The notes under the pieces are model-generated. The model ran no database searches, was not told the origin of the DNA, and saw only the letters and a program-made list of their open reading frames with translations. A program made the position numbers and the translations under genes. A DNA stretch of 61,844 nt, filler included, from Choristocarpus tenellus KU-1152 (Eukaryota > Protista > Phaeophyceae), in assembly GCA_964200185.2 (NCBI GenBank). It is 11 parts of 11 records of this genome, joined end to end, with 100 filler letters (N's around TTAATTAATTAA, not from the genome) between each part and the next. Parts side by side here need not be neighbours in the genome. Positions count along the whole stretch, not along the records: positions 27,327 to 31,543 come from CAXNAD020015637.1; positions 31,644 to 34,202 come from CAXNAD020026777.1; positions 34,303 to 38,288 come from CAXNAD020016795.1; 8 more parts are not named here. One strand, given 5' to 3'. Numbering within the stretch: position 1 is the first letter of the stretch; the number at the start of each line of letters is the position of its first letter. This document shows positions 27,327 to 38,388 of the stretch, one piece after another.

Positions 27327-27739
27327 TTGATGATTTTGGGGATACTTTAACAGTATACGGCAATGTGTATGTCTTTGGTATGCCCATCCTTCTTCGTACT
27401 TGAAGAATATCGCCATGTTCAGACTGGGTTGACGCAATGTAATAGTACCTCTGTGCCATAAGTTTATGCCGCGAAACATCTGGGCTCACCGAGCGAGAAC
27501 GGCGCCGAATCGGATGATAACCCCACATAATAAAATCGGGTTGATAATCTCAGCTTTCATAAAAGGTGGGGGTCGAGGGGATCATCTGATACAAACTCGA
27601 GGTCCTTCAAGCCGTCAAAGTAGGGGCCTTTTGAGGTGATTTGGATGCCAGAACTGGGCACATCAAGGGTCAGAATCGACCTCCCCACCTAGGAAGGGTG
27701 CCTAAATGTCCCCGAATACCAGGGTTGCACTTGCAGTGT

Positions 27740-28308
27740 GTCACGCCCTCACGATGATCCCTGGTGAGCATAGATTGCCGTGACACGTTGGGCCGGCCCT
27801 CGCGGCGGAGTTTGGAGTGTCTGAGCATTACATGCGAGGGCTCTGGGAGGATGTCACCGATCAGCTCGCCCATGGCCATATGCTTGACCTAGGGGTGGCG
27901 GCACGTAGTGGGCGGCCTTCGGAGCTCACACCGACCAAGATGTCCGCAATACATAGTATCAACTCTGATAATCGTTCATCCACAGTGCATGAGATGACAA
28001 TGGACATGGCTGCCAAGGGGCTGAATGATAGCACGAGCACCATAAAAAGGTGGTTGGATGATATGGGGCCAAGTTCAATCGCCACTGGATCAAACCCAAG
28101 CTTAAATCGTGGCAAAAGGTATGGAGAGTGGCCTTTATTTGTGATCAAGTGGATGGGAAACATGGTGTGTACGCCTCCATGGCGAACACAATTCATTTGG
28201 ATGAAACCTGGTTTTACGTGATGGCTGATGGGAAACGGCTAGGGTATTTCCGCATGAGGATGATAACGACCTTCGAGGGTCCCCTACTATGCAGCACAAG
28301 AGTCATAT
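27740..28308 (+). pseudogene. Tc1/mariner transposase remnant (plant/oomycete DD39D-like), frameshifted and truncated
   Basis: HTH region AEFGVSEHYMRGLW, then RSGRP and STSTIKRWL; first catalytic motif IHLDETWFY; QHKSH immediately before a MITE-B insertion. Confidence 0.8.
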
Positions 28309-28557
28309 GAGTGAAAGTATCTTAGGGTACGAGGTTGCCCTGTTTGTCCGTTTGGGGCTTGACTTCCCATGGGTTTATTATTAAAATTTCCTACTCCGAA
28401 ATGTTTCGGAGTAAGTAAAATGTATACATTATGAAAAGGTGTGTCCAAAACAAGGATATTGACACTTCCTAACAAACACGATCATCACATCAAAATCGCA
28501 ACATTGGATTTTTTCCCTCAAACGGTCGCGGCTCTACCCTCTAAGATACTTTGACTT
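28309..28557 (+). mobile_element. MITE family B
   Basis: GAGTGAAAGTATCTTAGGGTAC...CTACCCTCTAAGATACTTTGACTT, with central palindrome TACTCCGAAA-tg-TTTCGGAGTA. Confidence 0.9.
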
Positions 28558-30749
28558 ATTTATTGGTCAAGAAGTACAAAGTGCGGATATAACTATGGAA
28601 ATATGCTTGAGGTATCCTAATGCCCCTAGCACAACTGAGTGATTTAGGTATGTTTACAACAAGTCATTCGTCTGGACAACTGATGTTAAGGAGCAAATGA
28701 CCCCAAAAATTGTTCTGGGAACAATCTCGATTACTAATTAATATAACTCAAGGAGTCTTCTCCTTTTATATGAAGTAAACACTCTAGGCACCAAGTTTTC
28801 GACAATTTTTCACTTTAAGTCAGTTTTTCAATCTTTTGTCATTCACCTACACTTTTATGGATGAAGTGCTAGGTTTGACGTAAGAGGGTTAATTTCTCTA
28901 TAATTTGAAATTTTCCGGCACAATTCAGAAAATATCTTGTACACACGTTTGCAAAAAAAGACAAAATTTAGGAAATATTTAGAATGTAACTATAGATACA
29001 TCTCGTTCACCTTGCACAACGTCTCCCACCAAACATAGGAAACAACAAGAACAAACTCTGTGCTCAGGTACCCTTCCCACGCATAGAGAGGTCAATTTAT
29101 ATTTTCGAATTTGCTAAGGTTGGGTTATAGAGCTGAAGAAGTATATACGCTCATCTCCTCGATGCCATAGGTATCACCCCCCTGCACTTCATCATGGACA
29201 TGCAGGTGATGGGGAGATCTCCCGACCTCACCCTTATCTTCATGTTTAGGTAAAAGCAATGTCATGTTCTTCCAAACTGCACTCATGCACACTACCACAC
29301 ACACTATTCAGTATTTTTTTGCAAGCGCATCCACCATACTACTACAAACACATCAAAATATTATCACTTGGATTGCTGTTGTCTTTCATGTATCTCCATC
29401 ATGAAACCTGAGGTTGCTGTGCCATGTATGCAAAAGAGAGCTATTCCAATAGTCTTTGCATTATGTTGTATGGATGTATTTATTAGCGGAGTGAGCACAG
29501 CCCTCGGTGGGGGGTGCTCTCCCTAATATTATTATCTATTGCGCACGTCAGCAGACACGTCAAAAATGTGTCTATATCAGGCGCACTACGTCAGCCACTT
29601 TATTAAACAGAAATAAGAAATCAATCCACCGAGACTAGAATCTAGTACTCTGGGCATACAGAAACGAGTCCTTGACACTTCACTCAGTCAATACTTCAGT
29701 TGTATAGAACTTGTCACTAAACACATAATGTCCTATAGACTAACTTGCCTATATTGCATACCATGCACCCTTCGAAATAATTTTCACTGGCGCATCAGCA
29801 TCAAAACGGCTTCTACATGACTTAACCATACCTACGATCAATGATCTTCAAGCGTTCAATATGGAAAGGAGTGCTAGTAATAGACTATCATATATTCTTC
29901 CGTCCCTATCAACCTCATAGCTCCATCCAGATTAACGAACCTCCCCCTCACTCAACTCATGCACAGATGATGGCGAGGTCTGTCAAAGAGTCGTTTGTGC
30001 CTTGTGGTACTGACACTTTGTGTGATAGTGAAGGGTATAGTTGATTGTACTATTGGTGAGGTATATTTGAAAGGAGTAATAAGATAGGAAGAAGCAACGC
30101 AGGAAAAAGAGCCCATTTCTGGCATAATGTAAGGGAAAGTTTAGGAAGTAATCTGACTCTTGTGAACGTGAAAATGAACAGGGGTAGGTATGTTAACCAG
30201 GTGAAATATTGGCAAGGAAATAAGAAAAAGTTCAGGAGGGTAGACGAAAGGGCAAATTGTTGAAACCTGAATTGAATGCATTGTACATGTAAGCAAAATG
30301 CGTAGACTACGAGCGATGAGGAATCATGGTGGTGTTGCAAGGCACCGATGAGTGATATGCGTAGTCTATGTTATGGATAGATGTGGTTGTGCTGCAAAGC
30401 ACCGATGTATTTACTCTGTTGTAACTAAGGTCATTGATCTCTTTCAAGAACGATGCGATGTGAATTCAGTATTCTTGGTTGCTCAATCCAGGATGATGTG
30501 AGGTAAATTCAGTGTTCTTTCATGTAATACTCAACGAAAGGAGTCCATGCTCTGTAGAAAGGCTTGTTACCTTGGCTGGCAAGGGTTTCCGCGGATGGTT
30601 TTAACTCTGATTATATTACATCCTTGTGTATGTTTGATACACCGTTTGCAGAGTGGTGTTGATGCAATTTGAGGGATCAATGGCAGTCACCAAAGAAAAA
30701 ATAATCAACCCTCAATGTACAACTGTCATCTTCTGCTGATAAGAAGAAA

Positions 30750-31048
30750 GAGTGAAAGAAAAACAAACAACAGAACAACAGAATAAAATTGAAACAATAT
30801 GTGCTCCCCCCTCCCATAAACCCATCATCATCCTCGTCACCTGAGCTTTCATTGTCTGAATGGCACAAGGATCCTTCGAGCAGCTGGTCTTTCATGTCGT
30901 CTAGTATCAAATTGGCCTCTTTATCGTTGTCTTCCACACCGATCCACGCCCTTGCTGCATCAATGGAACCCTGAGACAGTTTTCCACCAGGTTTGAGGTG
31001 CAGAGTATCAAGAGCATTTGAGAGTTCCTCATTAATATTTAGGGACAC
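30750..31048 (-). other. Acidic ORF fragment, possibly a pogo/CENP-B-type transposase C-terminus or an orphan exon
   Basis: AARAWIGVEDNDKEANLILDDM...SDNESSGDEDDD; resemblance only. Confidence 0.25.
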
Positions 31049-31543
31049 ACTTTGTGGGACTTACGTCTAAGAGCAAAATGGCCACCCGTGATACTATAGC
31101 AAATATTGCAGACGTTACAGTACGACAGAAACGTACGCAAAATTTCAAAAAATTCAATCATGGTCCTCATCAGCAGACAGGGTAGAAAGACAATTCAATC
31201 ACGATCACAGTCAACTTACTTTCAGACTTTCAATTCACGTGCTGATGCACCTCAACATTTTTGGCACCCCTCGTAGACTTGACGTCAGGCTTCAGCGTCT
31301 GCGCTTTCTCCATGATGGTTGTTGCCTCCTTCTTCAATTTGTAGAGGGTGCTGTGACCGATTCAAAACTATTGAGCAAACCGCAGTTCCCGTCATGGTGT
31401 TAAGACATAGGCTACTCATTTGTTCCTTGTTGATATGATACACATCTACCAGCTTGTACTGACTGTTGATTGGTGCACTGCACTGGTGGTTAGTGTTCAT
31501 ATATTTATTGCGCATTCCAACTCATCATCACATCGATGACAGT

Positions 31544-31643
31544 NNNNNNNNNNNNNNNNNNNNNNNNNNNNNNNNNNNNNNNNNNNNTTAATTAATTAAN
31601 NNNNNNNNNNNNNNNNNNNNNNNNNNNNNNNNNNNNNNNNNNN
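31544..31643. other. Artificial contig spacer
   Basis: 44 N + TTAATTAATTAA + 44 N. Confidence 0.98.
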
Positions 31644-32384
31644 CCCCCCCCCCGCCAAAAAAAAAAAAAACAAAAAAAACATGGGACACGCCTGACATTT
31701 TCACTACCAAGCCAAGCCCCCTGTGCTGGTGAGAGTCGCACCTGTCGGCTCTCTTGCGACAATAATAGTTTCAACACCAACGCATTCTGTAACCCCAACC
31801 CTATGAACATTTTTTTTTTTTACCCTAACACTAACACCTCCATATTTTTTCTTTTCTTGCAGAAATATATAGAAATATAATACACAGAAATGTATACAAA
31901 TATAATATACAGAAATATATACAGAGGTATGGAGGACAGTTAGCACAAGAGGACTTAATTAAGCCTTACTATTCATTGATCGCTTGAACATTATTTTTAT
32001 TTCATGTGTTACTGTGATTCCTTCAACCCATGGCGAGGAATTGTACACCAGGGAAATAAAAATATAAAAAGGAATACCGGGGGACTACTCCGACATGCAA
32101 AAAAAAAAGCGTTTTTAGGTACTGAAAAACACTCCACAATTGAAGGGAGTGTTCCACCTCTACCTGGATCTATCATCTGTTTTGTGTTTACCTGAACAAA
32201 GGTCGTCTTTCCAGGTTGCTGATACCTGCTCCCAATGCCACATGAGTCATTCACGGTTGAGGTCCCAGGTCAAGAGTGTAACTGTAAGTGCAACTGTAAC
32301 TGTAAGGAAGGCAGGAGCGTTGTCTTGCGTAGGATATAACAGATACATAACCCACGGGCAGCAATTTAAAAAGATAATTTTTTT

Positions 32385-32572
32385 AAGAATAATTAAATCA
32401 AATAATAATCATAACAATAGTATTAGTTTTGAATAATAGTAAATATAATAATAACAATTAAAAAATCATAAAAAAGATAATAATAATAATAATAGTATTA
32501 ATTTGGAGTAATGGTAAATATAATAATTAAAAAATCATTAAAAAGATAATAATAATAATAATAATAATAATA
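32385..32572. repeat. (TAA)n-rich low-complexity tract with an internal duplicated block
   Basis: AATAATAAT runs and the duplicated AATTAAAAAATCAT(A/T)AAAAAGATAATAAT. Confidence 0.85.
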
Positions 32573-33072
32573 GTGAAAGCGAAAGAGTAATACAACACAC
32601 ATGATAACATGCTGACAACACAACACTAAGAAAGAAAAATTAAATTAAATGTAATAATATCAGGTTTTGATGATAACGACGAGAACGAGGGGGCGGACTG
32701 TAAATAAAAAAACATCAATAGGAATAATTAATACACTTATTCCACGGCGAGAGAGTAGGATACTATTTCAAACACTGACAGAACAGAACAGAAAAATAAC
32801 AAATAGAGTAATAGAATCACCACAGCAGTTAAGAAACCATGAATGTGCCTCCCAACAATACATTAAAAAATAATAATGCAAGAGAAAAAAATTTACCTCG
32901 AAAGAATCTGTTCGATTTTTTTTTTTTTTTGTCAAATATGTTTTCTTGTTCAGCTTCTCCCCTATTCCATTTCTTGCCACCCATTTTCGGCCGTGGCTCT
33001 AGGGAAATTCGAAAGCTAAGCAGCTGCTCCCTTCTCCACAACAACAAATGCTTGTGAAGCAAATGATAACTA

Positions 33073-33104
33073 CAAATCAAATCAAATCAAATCAAATCAA
33101 ATCA
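33073..33104. repeat. (CAAAT)n pentanucleotide microsatellite
   Basis: About 6 perfect copies. Confidence 0.95.
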
Positions 33105-33198
33105 CTACCGTGTGCCGAACTACGATATTTTAGCCAATCAAACAATCAAGTCCTAACACCTAATAAACCTCAGACCAATCAACTACACTGAACAATTG

Positions 33199-33246
33199 CC
33201 CTAACCCTAACCCTAACCCTAACCCCATGCTATCGTAGGGTTAGGG
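33199..33246. repeat. Interstitial telomere-like (CCCTAA)4 followed by an inverted TAGGGTTAGGG
   Basis: CCCTAACCCTAACCCTAACCCTAACCCC-atgctatcg-TAGGGTTAGGG. Confidence 0.9.
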
Positions 33247-33505
33247 CACTAAATGCCCCCACCAACTTCCACAAATAACCCAATTAGAATAACAGAGAGT
33301 CCACAATCCTCAAGCACCCCCACCCGGCTTCTTGTTTGAACCTGCAGGTCCTCTCTTTTTTTTTCTTTTTTTTTCTTCCATCACCTGAACATTTTGTAAC
33401 AGAAGTCCCTCGAGGAAATGATCCCTCCTGCCTTAGGTTTTCCCTTGAGGTACACTGTGCGGAGGTCAGTCGAGATCGATTGTATAAGCTGCGAATCAAG
33501 CGTAT

Positions 33506-33815
33506 TCACAGAGTCCCACTCCTGACAACAATCACAAGAAGTGACAAAGAAAGGTACGTGGAGTACAACGGATAATGGAAGGCATTAAGAGGAACGAAGA
33601 AAAATCGCACGCAACTCACAGAGTCCCTCCCACCCCTGACAACAATCACAAGAAGTGACAAAGTAAGGTACATGGAGTACAACGGATTATGGAAGGCATT
33701 AAGAGGAACGAAGAAAAATCACGCGCAACTCACAGAGTCCCTCCCACCCCTGACAACAATCACAAGAAGTGACAAAGTAAGGTACGTGGAGTACAACAGA
33801 TCATGGAAGGCATTA
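33506..33815. repeat. 110-114-bp tandem repeat, about 2.7 copies
   Basis: Units start at 33506, 33616 and 33730 (TCACAGAGTCCC...GACAACAATCACAAGAAGTGACAAAG...GGAAGGCATTA). Confidence 0.95.
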
Positions 33816-34139
33816 CAATGATAGAGACCTAAAGTCAGTTACGTGATCCAAGAGGTCTGGCGAGAATAAGACCCCATCCTTTCTGAGAGCGGGGGCATCA
33901 CACAAGTATTTGGGACCCCCGTCAGCGTCCATCTTCCGTTCTACACCAAAGTCTCCTAAGAGAGGGCTACCTTCATTCATTCAAGGAAAAGTGAAGCAGG
34001 GTGTAAAGCAGATGATCTAAATAACTCCCCCGTCTATAAGATAGGAAGGACCCAAATCGTACCAGCTCAAATCGATTCGTTGCATCATATTCCATCACAA
34101 AAATCCAGCGGAAAAAAAAAAAAAAAAAAAAAAAAAACA

Positions 34140-34177
<38 letters not shown>

Positions 34178-34202
34178 TCACTTTTAATTAAAGGAGAAAA
34201 AA

Positions 34203-34302
34203 NNNNNNNNNNNNNNNNNNNNNNNNNNNNNNNNNNNNNNNNNNNNTTAATTAATTAANNNNNNNNNNNNNNNNNNNNNNNNNNNNNNNNNNNNNNNNNN
34301 NN
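34203..34302. other. Artificial contig spacer
   Basis: 44 N + TTAATTAATTAA + 44 N. Confidence 0.98.
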
Positions 34303-34481
34303 GCTTTTTTTTTTTTTTTTTTTCTATCTCGTCTTCGAATTTTAGATTCGATTTTCCTTCCCCCCCCCCCCCCCCCCCCCCCCCAAGGAAAGTCTTCTCG
34401 ACCCAACAATGCATTTCTTATTTCTTTGACCCGTGCACTCCCCCCTTTCCTTTCCTGGAATATATATATTTTTTTAAACAA

Positions 34482-35019
34482 GGAAGTGGCTTCGATTATG
34501 GACACGTGCATGAAGGTGCTTGGAGAGGACACTGAGTTGTCCCGCCAACGAATTGAGACCTGGAAACACAGGTGGGAGACGTCCTGCCAAGCTGGTGCGA
34601 AAGGGGCCTGGCAATCTGAAACGGTTTGGAGCGTTTGCCCTGAGCAGAGGTTGCTGGCGGTGGAAATGCTTCGAACCTGTGACCGGGCCATGGTTATTGT
34701 GCCAGAGGTAAACCATTTGAGACGGGCTCTGGAGGTGCTTGGTGAGATACCTGCTGCTGGGGTAAAAGCAGGTACTGATTGCAATCCCGATGCCATTGTG
34801 ACCGAAGGTAGCAAGGATGGTTTAGGAAGGGATGGGGGTGTCGATGGAGCGTTCGGCGGTCGCTTGAAACACTCCCGGGGTCCTTATGTTACCCGTGGTT
34901 CTTGTGACAACACTGGGCAGCAGCAGGAAACGAAGGGGTTGGTAGGAGGTGGGGTGAGATTTGCGCCAGCAAGGGTTGTTAGGGGAGGGGTGTTGACGAC
35001 AACTATGAGCAAGTGCTGA
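34482..35019 (+). CDS. Probable terminal exon of an unidentified helical protein
   Basis: About 179 open codons of GC-richer DNA after a pyrimidine tract and AAG acceptor (EVASIMDTCMKVLGED...VPEVNHLRRALEVLG). No family recognised with confidence. Confidence 0.5.
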
Positions 35020-38000
35020 CGTCATGATGACTGACTGGATGGTTGTCGTCGCAAAAGGGTACAGTAAGCAAGCAGTGTGTTGTATACCCCGGAGAGGGTT
35101 GAATTGACACGATGGAAGGGGAGGTTGAGAAAAATCAAATGAACCACACGACAGGGTGGATTGAGGAATAGAGCCTATGTGGGCTTGTGTGTGTTTTGCT
35201 CTCCTCTTTGTGAGAGGTTGACTTTGTACTCAACAGGGTAAGCGGCCCACTAGCAGTAGCAGGGGCAGAGGGAGCCTCCCCTGTTTTGCTTGTTCAGTTG
35301 CTGCGTGGTTTGTGATTGGCCTCTGGTCGCCAGCTGGATCTTCGGATCTTGTGTTTTGTACTGGAAACACAGTTAATTTTGTTACAGTTACAAGGTCGAG
35401 GTCTGAATTGGTGTATATGTTGTAGGGGCTCAGGTTAAGTCTGTGGTAGTCAGTAATGCTGCATCAGTATGCTGTTATATTAGAACTTGATTAAATTAGC
35501 GCTTGTTGATGCGAGGAGAGGGGTATGAATTTTCACACTCTCTCACCAAGGAATGAGGCTACTGTAGCAAAGCGTGCACACACTATATCCATCCCTTCCT
35601 ACTGAGGGCATAATGATGTTTGGTGTTTTGTGTTGGATTTTGGTAACGAATTGTTATGCTCGAAACTGAAAGGGGTAGTAGATTAGGGACAACAAAGGTG
35701 TTACTGTAAAGGAGAGACATTACTACTGTTTATCTTTTGTGTTTTGGCGAAGGGAGGGAGTGTTCATAGAATTTTTGCAATATCTATTTTTGTTCTTTTC
35801 ATTTTTTTGTCAGTCAGTGGACAGTTACTTTTGACTGTAGCACTGTCGTTTTGATTTGCTGTTCGTTATGTGGTATGATTTGTTGGTTACTCCCCCTTTA
35901 CTTTTCGAGAAGTAACGATTTTTCGTTTGTCTATTTGTTGTATGTTTTTTGTGGTGTCTAGTGTGGAAAAATCCATTTGTTTTTCTCCATCGGCGACCAC
36001 CTGCCTGCCGTACGATGTTACGAATGAATGAGTGAGATATCCTTTGCTTCGAATGGCTAGCAAACCATTGAGGCTGATCAATCATCCACCCAATCTGTGG
36101 TGCCTTGTCACAAGGTGTTTCACTATCGATTTACTTACTATATGGATACCCATATCTCTTCTGGTGGTGTTGGACGATGCAATCTCACATAACACGACAC
36201 CTTGGTATTTTCGCATCATACGCAATATACAATCTTGTCATAATTTTCAGGGCAACTAATAATGTTGTTGGAGGAAATGTCCACAAGCACTTACAAACAA
36301 CGAGTAATTGAGAGCAAATGACCCCAAACACGGTCAGGGACATTATTAGTCTTTACGACCAAGTTACAACTGACATTTTTTTTTTCTTTTAGCATTGCTT
36401 TTTTTGTTGGTTTTTTACGCCTTGCACGGCATAGATAGGACTCAACGCTATATATTGTGCCTTTAGCGCTTCAGTAGTCGCAACCAGGATGATACACATA
36501 ACATTTTGTAATGCTCGTTATACGCTTCCAAGTATTAAACACTTAAGTCAAGGTCAATATAAACTACCCAGTGTTAACAGAGTGGTACCACGGGGTGCTG
36601 ATGTGAAAGTGAACTATGGTCCAGGGTGTGCAACAGTATTTTGGTAAAATGGTGGTTCTATAGAGGGTGAAATTCTTAATATCCACCACCACGTAGGCAC
36701 CAAAATCTAAAGGAAAGTTTGGACTATTTTTAATATGTAGGGTATGACAAATGTTACACACTTTAGACAACATAACAGTCGACACCAAGTGATGTCCAAA
36801 ATACCAAGGAAAATATACACAACTCTACTGCCTAACAGTGTCAGTAACACTCCACCACCACTCCAAAACATGACCATCCCTGTTGCGTATCCCTCGAAAA
36901 GCACCAGTCCAAAACTTTCATTTGTGACATACTCTATCTTACGTACATTTCCACGAGAGGGTTAGGGTCTTGGCCTTTGATAGGGCTCTGTGATACCATT
37001 AACACTACTCTATCTAGTATCTATATTAATAGGTACAAAGTGGAATGTACGTCATAGTGTACGATTTTTTTTAATTTATCCATTTTTCTGGTTAAATCTA
37101 TTAACTACTGTGTTAAGTGTAAAAGAGTAACAATACTGCCTAACAAAGTGAGTTGGTTTGCCTCGACGGATAATAATTGATGAACCAACAGAGTCAAGTG
37201 TTGCTGTTATGAACAACTGAGGTCATAGAGCGAATAGGCTCAAACGTTTTACAAGACAGTGATGGGCGCTATTACAAGGATATGGACGCGCAATGTTGCC
37301 CTCACAAAGGGTATTCATCATGAGCCATCCTCTCTTAAGTAGGGGGTGTCGTTGAGAAATTTGGGCCCCTATGACTGCCTAATTATAGTAAGTAGTGCAT
37401 GTATGTGATTCTAGAATTCTGGGCAGTGATACTGCACTATTGTTGGCGATGAATGTTTGTATCCTCCTTCTAACACCCACAGTCTTTGAATGGGAGTTAC
37501 CTGCATTGCGAGAATGGGAAATGGGGTATGAGGCAGAAAATATAATAGGCTTACTAGATACTTAGAAGGGCCAAAACAGGCACGCGGTTCAAGATAGGAA
37601 GCCTCCTTCTTTGCGCAAGCCTTAGAAAAATAGATGGTCTAGAGCAACAGTCCCCCAAGTGTTATCTACAAAACATTGTGAGCCAAACACCTCAAATGTT
37701 GTAAGGGATAACGTCTGTTGTTGGCTAAACGTGGTCTAACGTTCTAGGGTAATGCTATTATTGACCATTTCGTTTTCCGTAGTGTGAAATATAAAGTTGC
37801 CAAACACATTATTGGATCAACAACGAAAAACGGCGTAATGGCACGATGAACTCCATAAAATACAAGAGTTAATGAAACGAAAAGGATAACTTCAAGGATG
37901 GGCAAGCAGTTTTGTAGCAACAGATTTGTATTGTGCTTGTTTGATTGTATTGTGCTTGACGATAGTTTCTTTGTCGGTTGTTGAGCATGCAGCATGCCTT

Positions 38001-38273
38001 CTTCCTGCTAGTCCCACCAGTCCTCAATAGATGTGATAGTGGGGTGAATAAGAGACACGAAGAAGACAAGTATAGGTCCCAATCAGGCGATTGAGGTCTT
38101 TTTTGTTTGCTTAATACAACAAGATCATACCTTCTAGTGTCGGTACAATATGCCAACCTCCTCAAATGGATTTAATGGATCTTTTGTTCAACAACATACC
38201 AGTTGTTCCAAGCACTTCACACCTATATCTACCAAACGTTTCGGACTTCCTATTAACCGTGCAAAGTGCAACG

Positions 38274-38288
38274 GACCCAAAGTATCTG
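38274..38288 (+). mobile_element. MITE family A terminus at contig end
   Basis: GACCCAAAGTATCTG then the contig break. Confidence 0.75.
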
Positions 38289-38388
38289 NNNNNNNNNNNN
38301 NNNNNNNNNNNNNNNNNNNNNNNNNNNNNNNNTTAATTAATTAANNNNNNNNNNNNNNNNNNNNNNNNNNNNNNNNNNNNNNNNNNNN
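38289..38388. other. Artificial contig spacer
   Basis: 44 N + TTAATTAATTAA + 44 N. Confidence 0.98.

Noticed and set aside
32009-32254. Fanzor/TnpB RuvC-I (IDPG motif)
   Set aside because: Isolated tetrapeptide in a short low-complexity ORF; no RuvC-II/III or zinc-ribbon motifs
33506-33815. CRISPR-like or guide array
   Set aside because: Whole units are conserved, with no unique spacers and no Cas or RNA-guided nuclease ORF nearby
33813-33980. 55-codon minus-strand ORF with DGGPKYLC, resembling a methyltransferase motif
   Set aside because: Too short and weak, with no supporting exons
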